A stretch of 64,000 bases of DNA from Oscillospiraceae bacterium (GTDB lineage: Bacteria > Bacillota > Clostridia > Oscillospirales > Ruminococcaceae): NCBI GenBank assembly GCA_018110905.1, contig JAGBAZ010000035.1, positions 20,767 to 84,766 on the forward strand, given 5' to 3'. The stretch's first letter is position 1. Every line of letters starts with the position of its first letter. Below the pieces are notes generated by a model. That model saw only the letters and a program-made list of their open reading frames with translations, searched no databases and was not told the DNA's origin. Positions 9,060 to 19,147 of this stretch are shown one piece after another. The translations under genes and the position numbers were made by a program.

Positions 9060-9422
9060 TTAACGTTTGGTAACTTCGCAGACTACGTATTTCATAACGT
9101 CATGGAAATACTGGCAAACCTCGTTGAGAGCAGCGGTAACGTCCGCAATATCGCCGGTTATGATCATTGAACCGGTGAAACGGTCCGCAAAGCCAAGATA
9201 TACGTTGCCGCTTTTAACCGCAATATCGGAAGCGATAACTGCGGATTCGGGCGGAGTCATATTCATAATTCCGATAGCGTTGGAGGTGTAATCTATGGAG
9301 GGGTTAAGACCCAGTTTCTGATATATGATAGGTGCAGGACCGCCGATTACGTGTGCAAAGGTTATTTCCTTGCCCGCAACGGTTTCCTGAACTATTCTTA
9401 TCTGTTCATGGGTGTCGTTCAT
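9060..9422 (-). CDS. bacterial microcompartment shell protein, EutS/PduU type (paralog)
   Basis: IRIVQETVAGKEITFAHVIG...IGIMNMTPPESAVIASDIAVKSGNVYLGFADRFTGSMIITGD. Start set at ATG 9422 (MNDTHE) with AGGAGGA 9 nt upstream. Confidence 0.8.
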   Translation of the reverse strand: MNDTHEQIRIVQETVAGKEITFAHVIGGPAPIIYQKLGLNPSIDYTSNAIGIMNMTPPESAVIASDIAVKSGNVYLGFADRFTGSMIITGDIADVTAALNEVCQYFHDVMKYVVCEVTKR

Positions 9423-9586
9423 AATTTCGTTTTCCTCCTGATTTTTCGTTTTTTTAGGAACCAAAAACCAATCTATGATAAAGCAAAAGCTACTTTTGCT
9501 TATACATATTTTTACTTAAGTATATACTATCACAAATCGTCAAAAAGGTCAACGGGTTTGTTGGAGCGGCGAACTTTAAAATTTTT

Positions 9587-9624
9587 GAGCACAAAAAAAT
9601 GAGCACGGTATTTTCGCCGTGCTC
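9587..9624 (-). terminator. rho-independent terminator after livF
   Basis: Stem gagcacgg/ccgtgctc (9601-9624), followed on the minus strand by a T-run. Confidence 0.65.
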
Positions 9625-9637
9625 AAAACTGTTTTTA

Positions 9638-10348
9638 TCAAACGCCGAGATATGCTTTTTTAACATCTTCGCTGGCCGCAAGTTCCGCTCCGGTTCCGGA
9701 AAGAACAATGCTTCCGGTTTCAAGAACATAAGCTCTGTCGGAAATCGCAAGGGATTTACCTGCGTTCTGTTCAACAAGAAGAATTGTTGTTCCGTCCTTG
9801 TTGATGTCTTTGATGATATCAAAAACTTCATCAACAAGAAGCGGAGAAAGACCCATTGAAGGTTCGTCAAGCATCAGAAGCTTCGGGCGGGACATAAGCG
9901 CCCTGCCCATTGCAAGCATCTGCTGTTCGCCTCCGGAAAGAGTTCCGGCGATCTGGCCGCTTCTTTCTGCAAGACGCGGAAAACGTTTGTAAACTTTTTC
10001 AAGGTCTTCCTTAAAGGTGTCTTTTTCCTTTATGGAATATGCGCCCATAAGAAGGTTTTCGTAAACGGTCAGTTCCTGGAAAACTCTTCTGCCTTCCGGA
10101 ACCTGGGACATACCGAGGTGAACGATTTTGTGGCAGGGCTGTTTTGTAATATCCTGTCCGTCATAAATGACCGAACCGCCGTTTTTCGGAATAAGGCCGA
10201 TTACGCTTTGCATTGTGGTGGTTTTACCTGCGCCGTTTGCACCGATAAGGGTTACGATTTCGCCCTCATTAACTTCAAAGCTTATACCTTTAAGAGCTTT
10301 GATAACGCCGTAGGAAACCTCAAGATTTTTAACTTCCAAAAGTGCCAT
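9638..10348 (-). CDS. livF: branched-chain amino acid ABC transporter ATP-binding protein (LivF-like)
   Basis: GANGAGKTT, LSGGEQQML, LLMLDEPSMGLSP. Last gene of a livJHMGF-type operon. Confidence 0.9.
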   Translation of the reverse strand: MALLEVKNLEVSYGVIKALKGISFEVNEGEIVTLIGANGAGKTTTMQSVIGLIPKNGGSVIYDGQDITKQPCHKIVHLGMSQVPEGRRVFQELTVYENLLMGAYSIKEKDTFKEDLEKVYKRFPRLAERSGQIAGTLSGGEQQMLAMGRALMSRPKLLMLDEPSMGLSPLLVDEVFDIIKDINKDGTTILLVEQNAGKSLAISDRAYVLETGSIVLSGTGAELAASEDVKKAYLGV

Positions 10349-10352
10349 CGAG

Positions 10353-11123
10353 TTATCCTCCTATATAAGCTTTAATAACTTCGGGGTCATTAAGGGCAAC
10401 TTCGGGTGTGCCCTGAACAAGAGAAGTTCCGAAGTTGAGAACAGTGATCTCATCGCAAAGTCCGGAAACAAATTTCATGTCGTGCTCGATAAGAAGAATC
10501 GTAACATTATATTCGTCACGGATCCTGCGGACAATTTTCATAAGGTCCTCGGTTTCGTGGGGGTTCATACCCGCTGCAGGTTCATCAAGGCAAAGGAGCT
10601 TAGGGTTGGTTGCAAGAGCACGGGCAATTTCGAGCTTTCTCTGTTTTCCGTAAGGAAGGTTGCAGGAAAGGTTGTTGCGTTCATCAAGAAGACCTACGAT
10701 ATCGAGGATTTTCTTTGCTTTGTCACGCATTGCGCGTTCAATCTTAAAATGTTTCGGAAGACGGAAAATGCTTGTGAAAACATTGCATCTGAATTCCGGC
10801 TGATTATGAAGGCCGACCATTACGTTGCGGATAACGGTCATGTTGTTGAAAAGGCGGATGTTCTGGAAAGTTCTTGCAATACCTTTATGGTTGATTGTTT
10901 CCTGACCTTTTCCGGTAAGGTCTTCGCCGTCAAGCCAGAATTTTCCGGTGGTGGGTTTATAAACTCCGGTTATCATATTGAAAACGGTGGTTTTGCCTGC
11001 ACCGTTGGGGCCGACAAGACCATAAAGCTGTCTTTCCTTGATTTCAAGGTTAAGGTTCTGTACCGCCTTAAGTCCGCCGAAGGAAATTCCGAGGTTTTCG
11101 GTTTTAAGAACGATTTTGCTCAT
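10353..11123 (-). CDS. livG: branched-chain amino acid ABC transporter ATP-binding protein (LivG-like)
   Basis: GPNGAGKTT, LPYGKQRKLEIARAL, LLCLDEPAAGMNP, and the LivG-type C-terminal region. Confidence 0.9.
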   Translation of the reverse strand: MSKIVLKTENLGISFGGLKAVQNLNLEIKERQLYGLVGPNGAGKTTVFNMITGVYKPTTGKFWLDGEDLTGKGQETINHKGIARTFQNIRLFNNMTVIRNVMVGLHNQPEFRCNVFTSIFRLPKHFKIERAMRDKAKKILDIVGLLDERNNLSCNLPYGKQRKLEIARALATNPKLLCLDEPAAGMNPHETEDLMKIVRRIRDEYNVTILLIEHDMKFVSGLCDEITVLNFGTSLVQGTPEVALNDPEVIKAYIGG

Positions 11124-12257
11124 TTATTTCCCCTCCTTTCCGGGTTTATCGGGAGTATAGGGAGAAGAAACCTGAAGGTCAACGGAAAGGACTTCGTCCA
11201 TTTTGATCTTGGTAGGAACACGGTCCCATTTTGCTTCGTCATCTTTGTGTTTGGAAGGATTATGGGGTCTGAATCTTCCGATAAATGTTTTGATGTTGTA
11301 TTTTTCGCGGAAAGGTTTAAGGGCCGGTGCGTTGTTATAGATAACGAGAACTATAAGGATAAGCGCATAGATAAGGTCCTGAAGAACCGCAAGGTTGCCG
11401 GTAAGAATGGTCTGGAGTTCAACATCAAGGAAAGTGATGAGGGTTGCGGCGATGATTGCGCCGTTGATGTTGCCCATTCCGCCGAGAACTACCATAACAA
11501 GAATTTCGATGGAATAGTTATAGCTGAATTTGGTGCTCTGAACGGTGAAGTTGGAATAGCTGTAAAGAACACCTGCGATTCCTGCAAAGAAAGAGGAAAT
11601 TGCGAAAACAAGAAGTTTATATTTGGTAACGTCGATACCGGTTGCTCTTGCTGCAATTTCGTTGTCGCGGATAGCGGTGATGGCTCTTCCGTGTTTGGAA
11701 CGGATAAGGTTCTGGGTAACCGCAAGAGTTGCAAGAACCATTACAAAAGCGATAATGAAAAGGATATCTTTGTTGAACCTCGGGGTATCAAGTCCAAGGG
11801 AACCGCCGAAGGATTCCTTGCTGGAGTTCATGAAAATCGAACGTACTATCTCACCGAAAGCAAGGGTTACTATTGCAAGATAGTCGCCGCGAAGACGAAG
11901 AGCCGGAAGACCGATTATTATTCCGAAAATCGCAGCAACAGCACCGCCGATGACAAGAGAAACGATAAGAGCAGGCCATTCGCCAAGCATGGGTTCAAGA
12001 ATTACCGCCGCTTTGCCGCCAAGATATGCGCCTATGCACATAAATCCCGCGTGGCCGAGGGAAAGTTCTCCGAGGAATCCTACGACCATGCTGAGAGAAA
12101 CCGCAAGGGTTATTGCGATTGCAATTTTTTCAAGAAGATATTTATCGGAACTTTCAAGAAAACCGGTGAGGGAAAGTATTGCAAAAATTATGGTAACAGC
12201 GGCAACAACTATGTAGTTGATGTAGTGGTTCCACTTTGCGTTTTTTAAATTGATCAT
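11124..12257 (-). CDS. livM: branched-chain amino acid ABC transporter permease (LivM-like)
   Basis: Polytopic membrane protein containing GELSLGHAGFMCIGAY and LRLRGDYLAIVTLAFGEI, both typical of LivM. Has a hydrophilic C-terminal tail. Confidence 0.88.
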   Translation of the reverse strand: MINLKNAKWNHYINYIVVAAVTIIFAILSLTGFLESSDKYLLEKIAIAITLAVSLSMVVGFLGELSLGHAGFMCIGAYLGGKAAVILEPMLGEWPALIVSLVIGGAVAAIFGIIIGLPALRLRGDYLAIVTLAFGEIVRSIFMNSSKESFGGSLGLDTPRFNKDILFIIAFVMVLATLAVTQNLIRSKHGRAITAIRDNEIAARATGIDVTKYKLLVFAISSFFAGIAGVLYSYSNFTVQSTKFSYNYSIEILVMVVLGGMGNINGAIIAATLITFLDVELQTILTGNLAVLQDLIYALILIVLVIYNNAPALKPFREKYNIKTFIGRFRPHNPSKHKDDEAKWDRVPTKIKMDEVLSVDLQVSSPYTPDKPGKEGK

Positions 12258-13129
12258 TATACTTTCTCCCTTCTCTTCTTGCCGAGGATTCCGGTGGGTT
12301 TAACAAGAAGTATGATGATAAGGATAAGGAACTCGATAGCATCTGTATAAGGAGCAATTGCCGGAATTTTAAGGGAAAAAGCTTCGATAACGCCCATAAG
12401 GATACCACCAAGCATTGCACCGGGAATTGAACCTACACCGCCGATTACCGCAGAGGTAAAAGCCTTGATACCCGGCATTGCGCCAAGGGTGTTGGAAAGG
12501 CTCGGGGATTTCATAAGCATGAAAAGTCCCGCAAAGGCTGCAAGTCCAGAACCGATTGCAAAGGTTATCATAATTATTCTGTTTACATTGATTCCCATAA
12601 GCTGTGCAGCGCCTTTATCTTCAGAAACTGCAATCATGGCTCGTCCGGTTCTGGTGTATTTTACAAAAAGACTCAGGGTTACCATTATGATAACGGAGCA
12701 GATAAGGGTTACAAGGACATATACCGGAATGGTAAGTCCGCTGAAGCTTATGCTTCCAAGATCCGCAACGGTCACCATTTTCGGTGCGGAACCGAAAATC
12801 ATCTGTGCGGAAGATTGGAGAAGATAGCTTACGCCGATGGCGGTTATAAGTACCGCAAGAGGTGAAGCTCCGCGAAGAGGACGGTATGCGATTTTTTCAA
12901 TGGTGATACCGAGAATTATGCAGGAAAGAACCGCCGCAATAAAACTTATTATCGGGTTTCCGCTTACGGTAAGCCCCACATAAATCATGTATCCACCAAC
13001 CATGATTACATCACCATGGGCAAAGTTGAGCATTTTTGCAATGCCATAGACCATGGTGTAACCAAGGGCTATCATTGCGTATGTACTGCCTATACTCAGA
13101 CCGTTTATCAGTGTTTCAATAAATTCCAT
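12257..13129 (-). CDS. livH: branched-chain amino acid ABC transporter permease (LivH-like)
   Basis: YGIAKMLNFAHGDVIMVGGY motif typical of LivH. 290-aa polytopic membrane protein. Confidence 0.88.
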   Translation of the reverse strand: MEFIETLINGLSIGSTYAMIALGYTMVYGIAKMLNFAHGDVIMVGGYMIYVGLTVSGNPIISFIAAVLSCIILGITIEKIAYRPLRGASPLAVLITAIGVSYLLQSSAQMIFGSAPKMVTVADLGSISFSGLTIPVYVLVTLICSVIIMVTLSLFVKYTRTGRAMIAVSEDKGAAQLMGINVNRIIMITFAIGSGLAAFAGLFMLMKSPSLSNTLGAMPGIKAFTSAVIGGVGSIPGAMLGGILMGVIEAFSLKIPAIAPYTDAIEFLILIIILLVKPTGILGKKRREKV

Positions 13130-13158
13130 AACAATTCCTACTACTTTTATTTAGCATA

Positions 13159-13192
13159 ATTTGCCGGGACAGAACTTCTGCACCGGCAAATT
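13159..13192 (-). promoter_or_regulatory. intercistronic stem-loop between the binding-protein gene and livH
   Basis: Perfect 10-bp arms aatttgccgg/ccggcaaatt separated by 14 nt. This position is typical of hairpins that raise binding-protein mRNA levels relative to downstream genes. Confidence 0.45.
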
Positions 13193-13232
13193 ATAGTTTA
13201 AGCTATTTTGTTGAAATAAGCAAGTAAAAAAA

Positions 13233-14378
13233 TCAGTTTGCTTCTTTAAGAACGTATTTTACTGCGCCTTTTGCTACATAACCGCTTTCATCCCAAGAGA
13301 TATCGTTGCCGGTTACGCCGCTGTAAGTAAAGCCGCCGTTGAACTGTGCTTTAAGAATTTCGCAAAGTTCGGAAGCAGAGATGGTAACATCAATGGTTTC
13401 GCCAGCTTCGATCGCTGCGTTCATTGCATTGTAAATTGCATAAATACAGTCGTATGCGGAAGCACCGAACTGGTTAAGAGTATCGGTTCCGAATTTTTCG
13501 GTATATTTTGCAACAAATTCTGCTGCAGCGCCTTCGGTTGCGTTGGAGTCAAAGTGAGAAAGCATGGAAACTTCCTGAGGAATTACGGAGAAATCTTCGA
13601 ACTGACCTGCAAGGCCGTCGAAACCGTCGCATCCGTAATAAACTGCATTATCAGCGATAATGCCTTTTGCCTGGGTCATGAAGATGGAAGCAGGCTGATA
13701 ATAAATAGGCATGAAGATGAAGGAGCAGTCTTTAAGGGTGGAAATCTGGGAGGAGAAGTCGGAAGCTTCGCCGGTGAAAACAGTTTCAACAGTTGCAATG
13801 GAAGGATCAAGGTTTTCTTTGAACTGTTCGAAAATGCCGTTGGAATAAGCGTCATCGGATTTATAGAAAACGCCGATTTCGGTAAGGCCAAGGGAGTTTA
13901 CATATTCTGCAGCAACTTTACCCTGGTTGCCGTCTGCGAAGCACATCTGATATCCGTTATCGAATTCAGGAATCTTATCACCGGAAGCGGAAGGGGTGAG
14001 GAAGAATACATTGTCTTCTGCGGAAAGTTTGCTGTATTCAAGTCCGGGGCCGGTGGTTACGGTACCGAGAGAAACCTGCATACCGCCTTCGAGCATGGAA
14101 GCATAGTTTGCAGCAACTTTGGTTGCATCGTGGGTATCGTCGGTTGCAATAAATTTGAACATAACGCCGTTAAGGCCGCCTGCTGCATTGATTTCATCAA
14201 CAGCCATCTGTGCGGAGTTCTGAACCGCTACGCCGTAAACTGCTGCGCCGCCGGTAAGAGGACCGGAAACACCGATTATGAACTCGGTATTGTTTTCAGT
14301 ATAGTTTGCGCCGCCGGAACATGCTGTCATTCCAATAATCATCATGGCCGCCATTACAAATGCAAGAATTTTTTTCAT
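13233..14378 (-). CDS. branched-chain amino acid ABC transporter substrate-binding lipoprotein (LivJ/LivK-like)
   Basis: Start set at ATG 14378 (MKKILAFVMAAMMIIGMTACSG, lipobox) with an AAGGAGGAAATAATC RBS region. Periplasmic binding protein type-1 features. Confidence 0.88.
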   Translation of the reverse strand: MKKILAFVMAAMMIIGMTACSGGANYTENNTEFIIGVSGPLTGGAAVYGVAVQNSAQMAVDEINAAGGLNGVMFKFIATDDTHDATKVAANYASMLEGGMQVSLGTVTTGPGLEYSKLSAEDNVFFLTPSASGDKIPEFDNGYQMCFADGNQGKVAAEYVNSLGLTEIGVFYKSDDAYSNGIFEQFKENLDPSIATVETVFTGEASDFSSQISTLKDCSFIFMPIYYQPASIFMTQAKGIIADNAVYYGCDGFDGLAGQFEDFSVIPQEVSMLSHFDSNATEGAAAEFVAKYTEKFGTDTLNQFGASAYDCIYAIYNAMNAAIEAGETIDVTISASELCEILKAQFNGGFTYSGVTGNDISWDESGYVAKGAVKYVLKEAN

Positions 14379-14837
14379 GATTATTTCCTCCTTTTGCGTA
14401 TTTTCAAACGCATTTTTCAAACATCGCCCGCGCTTTAGCACGCTACAGCTTTAAAACGATGTTTTTAAAAATTTAACCCCATTATAGTACTACTTTTACC
14501 AAAGGTCAAGAATTTTTTTAAATTTTTTGTATAAATATTCTTAATATATAACTTTATACCTATTTTAATTAACCTTGTCTTCGTTTTTTTGTTGTTTTTT
14601 TTCAAAACTGTGAATAATTGACAAACACAAATACCGTTTTTTATTAATCTTCCTCATTTATTAATATTTCATTAATTTTTTATCTTTAGTATTTTATATG
14701 GAATTTTTTGTGATATACTGTGTTTGAAGAATGTTGTAAAATTTTTTGTAAAAAAAGTAATTTTTTTGCAACAAAACGGCGTTTTTTGCGTACTTATATT
14801 ATATAGAATAAAAATTTACATAAAGCGAGGGGATTTT

Positions 14838-17351
14838 ATGAAAAACTTCAGAAAAATTTTGGCAATTTCTTTTGCGGTGATTATGCTTCTTTCCGTTTTC
14901 AGCGGATGCAAAAAGCCCGAGGATCCTTCCAAAAACATGCCTGAATTTGTTTATGTTCCCACATACGACAAATTCGATCTTCCAGAAGGAATAGAATACA
15001 TAAACCAGATTTTGCTTTCCGGAGACAGATTCTATTTTACTGCCGGCTGCAACGAGGAAATCGAACGCGTTGACGAAGCCACCGGTGAAACCTACACCGA
15101 ATTTATGTATTTAAACAAACTTTTCTCTTCCAATTTTGACGGAAGCGAAGTTACCGAACTTGCTGTTTTCGGAGCAAACAACAAATATACCGAAGAAATG
15201 CAGGTCGATGAATATGTGAACCGTATTTTCGCCGATGACGGCGAAGTTTACGTTCTTGTTTCCCGCAATACAACAACCTTCAACCTTCCTTCCAATTTCA
15301 ATCCGGAGACCCAGTCCCAGTGGGACTTTGCCGAAAGTTCCTCCGAATTTATCCTTTACAGTGTAGATAACACCGGCAAAATGGACGAAGGCAAAAACAT
15401 TTTTACTTATGACCCCGAAAACGATTTTTATCCCAATACCATTATCCGCGGAAACAACGGAAACTGGTATGTTGCTTCTTATCAGGAGATCCGCGTTTAT
15501 GATGCAGATTTTAAAGAGCTTTATAAAATCGAAAACCCGGACGGCGGAAGCAACCTTATCAAAATAAACGACGGCCGCATCGGCCTGATTTCCTGGAGCG
15601 AAAACGGCCAGCTTCTGAAGTTTATCGACGATTCCGGAAAAGTTCTCGGCGAAGAGATCGCTCTTCCTCAGAATGTTTATTCTTTCAGAGCCGGAAACGG
15701 AATTTATGACATCATTTATGATTCCGGAAACGGAAACGGCATCGGATATCTCGATATCGAAACCGGGGAAACCGGCGAAATACTCAACTGGATAGATTCC
15801 GACGTTGACAACAGCAGCATCTACGGTGAAAGAGTTGCCATTATTGACGAAGAAACCATTATCGCTCTTGAAGAAAGCTGGAACGAAACTGGAACCGAAT
15901 ACAACATCATAACTCTTAAAAAGACACCCTCTTCCGAAATTCCCGAAAAGAAGATCATCTCTCTTGCCTGCATTTATCTTGATTACGACCTCAGAAGAGA
16001 TGTTCTTGAATTCAATAAAACCAATACCGAATACAGAATCCACGTAACGGATTACAGCGAATATGCTTCCGGCGACGATTATTACGGTCTTACCAAGCTC
16101 AATACCGAAATCATCAGCGGAAACATTCCGGATATCTTTATCACCAACAACATGCCCATGGCAAGATATTCCGGAAAAGGCATTTTCGAAGACCTTACCC
16201 CTTATATTGAAAGAGATATCGGTTTTGACAATCTTATGACTCCTCTTTTTGATGCTTTGCGCACCGAAGACGGAAAACTTTACGAAATTTACGACACTTT
16301 CAACCTTTATACTTATGCAGGTCTTAAAAACGTTGTCGGCGATGGTTCCGGCTGGACTTTTGATGACCTTAAAGCCGCTTTTGAAAAACTTCCGGAAGGC
16401 GCGACCGTTTTTGAAAAATATATGACAAAAGCAAATGCCTTCAGCCTCCTTTTCAGCAACAACGTTGAAAATTTTGTAAACTGGGAAAACGGCGAATGCC
16501 GCTTTACCGATAAAGAATTCATCGATATCCTTGAATTCACCGAGCATTTCCCTCTTGAAGATCCCACAATAAACAACACTGACGGAGTTTATTACTACTA
16601 TTCTCCGATCGCTTCCGTTGCAAAAGGCGAACAGCTTCTTGCCAACATCTATTTCTATAACATTGATGATTTCCGCGCCAACACCTTCTACGTTCTCGGT
16701 GATAACATTTCCTTCGTCGGTCTTCCCACAAACGAAGGTTCCGGAAACTATTTTTCCGTTTACGGCGGATTTGCAATGTCCTCTTCCTGCGAATACAAAG
16801 ACGTTGTCTGGGATTTCATCAGCCGCATCCTTACCGAAGAATATCAGACATCGGATAATTATTACAGCGGAATCCCCACCAACAGAAATGTCTTTAACAA
16901 AATGGTCGAAAAATCCATGACCCCCGAATTTGACGAATTCTATGTTCCTTCCGAAAATCTTTATAACGGAAGCGTTGCGGTAAAACCCGCTCTTCCCGAA
17001 GGCGAAGCTCCCGTTGAGGAAACCACCGAAGAATCCCCGAGTTTTACTCTTCCGGAATATGCCAAAGGCCAGGTAAACGAAAAAGGCTGGCACGAAGCTC
17101 CCAAAACCTGGGGATGGATCGAATTCGGAACCCAATATTATGATTACCCGGTTTACGCAATGACAGAAGCCGAGTATAATACAATAATGGATATAATAAA
17201 TAATACAACAAGGATATCTCGCTATGATGAAAGCGTTATGAAAATCATCAATGAAGAAGTTGAATATTTCTTCAACGGCGAAAGAAGCGCTCAGCAGACT
17301 GCGGAATATATCCAGAGCAGGGTAAATCTTTATGTCAATGAACAAAGATAA
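14838..17351 (+). CDS. large extracellular lipoprotein: N-terminal repeat/propeller-like region fused to a family-1 solute-binding domain
   Basis: Start set at ATG 14838 (MKNFRKILAISFAVIMLLSVFSGC, lipobox). The C-terminal ~450 aa resemble clostridial extracellular solute-binding proteins. Two sugar-type permease genes follow. Confidence 0.75.
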   Translation: MKNFRKILAISFAVIMLLSVFSGCKKPEDPSKNMPEFVYVPTYDKFDLPEGIEYINQILLSGDRFYFTAGCNEEIERVDEATGETYTEFMYLNKLFSSNFDGSEVTELAVFGANNKYTEEMQVDEYVNRIFADDGEVYVLVSRNTTTFNLPSNFNPETQSQWDFAESSSEFILYSVDNTGKMDEGKNIFTYDPENDFYPNTIIRGNNGNWYVASYQEIRVYDADFKELYKIENPDGGSNLIKINDGRIGLISWSENGQLLKFIDDSGKVLGEEIALPQNVYSFRAGNGIYDIIYDSGNGNGIGYLDIETGETGEILNWIDSDVDNSSIYGERVAIIDEETIIALEESWNETGTEYNIITLKKTPSSEIPEKKIISLACIYLDYDLRRDVLEFNKTNTEYRIHVTDYSEYASGDDYYGLTKLNTEIISGNIPDIFITNNMPMARYSGKGIFEDLTPYIERDIGFDNLMTPLFDALRTEDGKLYEIYDTFNLYTYAGLKNVVGDGSGWTFDDLKAAFEKLPEGATVFEKYMTKANAFSLLFSNNVENFVNWENGECRFTDKEFIDILEFTEHFPLEDPTINNTDGVYYYYSPIASVAKGEQLLANIYFYNIDDFRANTFYVLGDNISFVGLPTNEGSGNYFSVYGGFAMSSSCEYKDVVWDFISRILTEEYQTSDNYYSGIPTNRNVFNKMVEKSMTPEFDEFYVPSENLYNGSVAVKPALPEGEAPVEETTEESPSFTLPEYAKGQVNEKGWHEAPKTWGWIEFGTQYYDYPVYAMTEAEYNTIMDIINNTTRISRYDESVMKIINEEVEYFFNGERSAQQTAEYIQSRVNLYVNEQR

Positions 17352-18261
17352 AACAGAAAAAAACAAAAGAACCTTGCGTGAACGCTGGCATGGGCTCAAT
17401 TATAAAACAAAGGATTTTATACAGAGCTGGATGTTTTCCGGCCCGAGCGTTCTCGGTGTTTCGGTTTTTTTCATACTGCCTTTTTTGGTGGTGGTATATT
17501 ATTCGGTAATAAAAAGTCCGCTTAATCCGGAATTCGTGTTTTTTGAAAACTTTCAGAACGTTATCGGAAACCAGGCTTTTAAAATCGCCGTTAAAAACAC
17601 CGCGGATTTTTCAATTGTCGCCGTTCCCCTTGCGGTAATCCTTTCCCTTGGTCTTGCGCTTATGCTTGAAGCAAGGATCCCTCTTAAAAGCCAGTTCAGA
17701 ACTTTCTTTTTAAGTCCGATGATGGTTCCGGTTGCTTCCGTCGTGCTCATCTGGCAGGTGCTTTTTGACCGCAACGGCGTGCTCAACGAAGTCATGCTCA
17801 CTTTCGGGCTTGATAAAATCGACTGGCTCAAATCCGAATGGGCAATCGGGGTTATCGTTGTGCTCTATCTTTGGAAAAACCTTGGTTACAACATGATACT
17901 TTTCATGGCGGCCCTTTCCAATATCCCGAAAGAACTTCTTGAGGTTGCCGATGTGGAAGGCGCTTCCGAAACATACAAGTTCTTCGAAATAAAACTCCGC
18001 TATCTTTCCCCAACGGTTCTTTTTGTAACCATTCTTTCCATGATAAACTCCTTCAAGGTGTTCCGCGAGATATACCTTCTCACCGGTGAATATCCGGTTG
18101 AAAGGCTTTATATGCTCCAGCATTTTATGAACAACACTTTTGAAGCACTTGATTACCAAAAACTTTCCGCAGCCGCGGTTATTCTTGCCATTGTTATGGT
18201 CATAATAATTGCCCTTCTTTTCAAAGTTGAGGACAGTTTCGGAAAGGATGTGGAAGGCTGA
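17332..18261 (+). CDS. carbohydrate-type ABC transporter permease (MalF/UgpA-like)
   Basis: Six TM segments and an EAA loop (KELLEVADVEGASETYKFFEIKLRYLSP). Overlaps the lipoprotein gene end. Confidence 0.88.
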   Translation: MSMNKDKTEKNKRTLRERWHGLNYKTKDFIQSWMFSGPSVLGVSVFFILPFLVVVYYSVIKSPLNPEFVFFENFQNVIGNQAFKIAVKNTADFSIVAVPLAVILSLGLALMLEARIPLKSQFRTFFLSPMMVPVASVVLIWQVLFDRNGVLNEVMLTFGLDKIDWLKSEWAIGVIVVLYLWKNLGYNMILFMAALSNIPKELLEVADVEGASETYKFFEIKLRYLSPTVLFVTILSMINSFKVFREIYLLTGEYPVERLYMLQHFMNNTFEALDYQKLSAAAVILAIVMVIIIALLFKVEDSFGKDVEG

Positions 18262-19142
18262 TGAAAAAGAAAAAATATTTTGGCAGAGCGGTCATGTTCA
18301 TTATTTCGGCGGTTTTCGCTTTTCTTTTCCTTATGCCGACAGTTCTTACCATAACGAACTCCTTTATGACCCAAAGCGAAATCAACGCCAACTACGGAAT
18401 GATTTTTTCAAACATCACCGGTGACCGGGGATATATTGCCGACAAAGTCACCCTTAAATTCATTCCGGATAAGGTAAGCCTTTCCCAATACATAACCGCG
18501 CTTATAAAAAGCCCCGATTATCTTTTCAAATTCTGGAACTCGGTGATCCTTGTTGTTCCGATAGTTGTGCTCCAGGTCGGAACAGCCGCCCTTGCTTCCT
18601 ATGGCTTTACAAGGTGGCGCGGAAAGTTCCGGAGTTTTATGTTCTTTTTCTATGTAATTTTGATGCTGATGCCGTATCAGGTCACTCTTGTTCCAAACTA
18701 TCTTGTAAGCGAATGGATGGGAATCCTAAACACAAGATGGGCGATAATTTTTCCCGGAATGTTCGCGCCGTTTTCGGTTTTTCTGCTTACAAAATCAATG
18801 CGCAGAATACCATCTTCGCTTATCGAAGCTGCAAAACTCGACGGTGCAGGCGAATGGCAGATTTTCACAAGAATATGCCTTCCCCAATGCCGAAGCGCCC
18901 TTTATTCCATTGCTATTCTTGTTTTCATAGATTACTGGAACATGGTCGAACAGCCGATAATCCTTCTTCCGGATCCGGCGCAGCAGCCGCTTTCGGTATA
19001 TCTTTCTCAAATCAACGCCGGCGAAGTCGGCATAGCTTTTGCTGTTGCAACAATTTATATGATTCCGACGCTTTTGCTCTTCCTTCACGGAGAAGAATAT
19101 CTTGTTGAAGGCATTGCACACCAGGGCTCGGTGAAAGGATAA
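18261..19142 (+). CDS. carbohydrate-type ABC transporter permease (MalG/UgpE-like)
   Basis: EAA loop SLIEAAKLDGAGEWQIFTRICLPQ. ATGA overlap with the upstream permease gene. Confidence 0.88.
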   Translation: MKKKKYFGRAVMFIISAVFAFLFLMPTVLTITNSFMTQSEINANYGMIFSNITGDRGYIADKVTLKFIPDKVSLSQYITALIKSPDYLFKFWNSVILVVPIVVLQVGTAALASYGFTRWRGKFRSFMFFFYVILMLMPYQVTLVPNYLVSEWMGILNTRWAIIFPGMFAPFSVFLLTKSMRRIPSSLIEAAKLDGAGEWQIFTRICLPQCRSALYSIAILVFIDYWNMVEQPIILLPDPAQQPLSVYLSQINAGEVGIAFAVATIYMIPTLLLFLHGEEYLVEGIAHQGSVKG

Positions 19143-19147
19143 TTATT

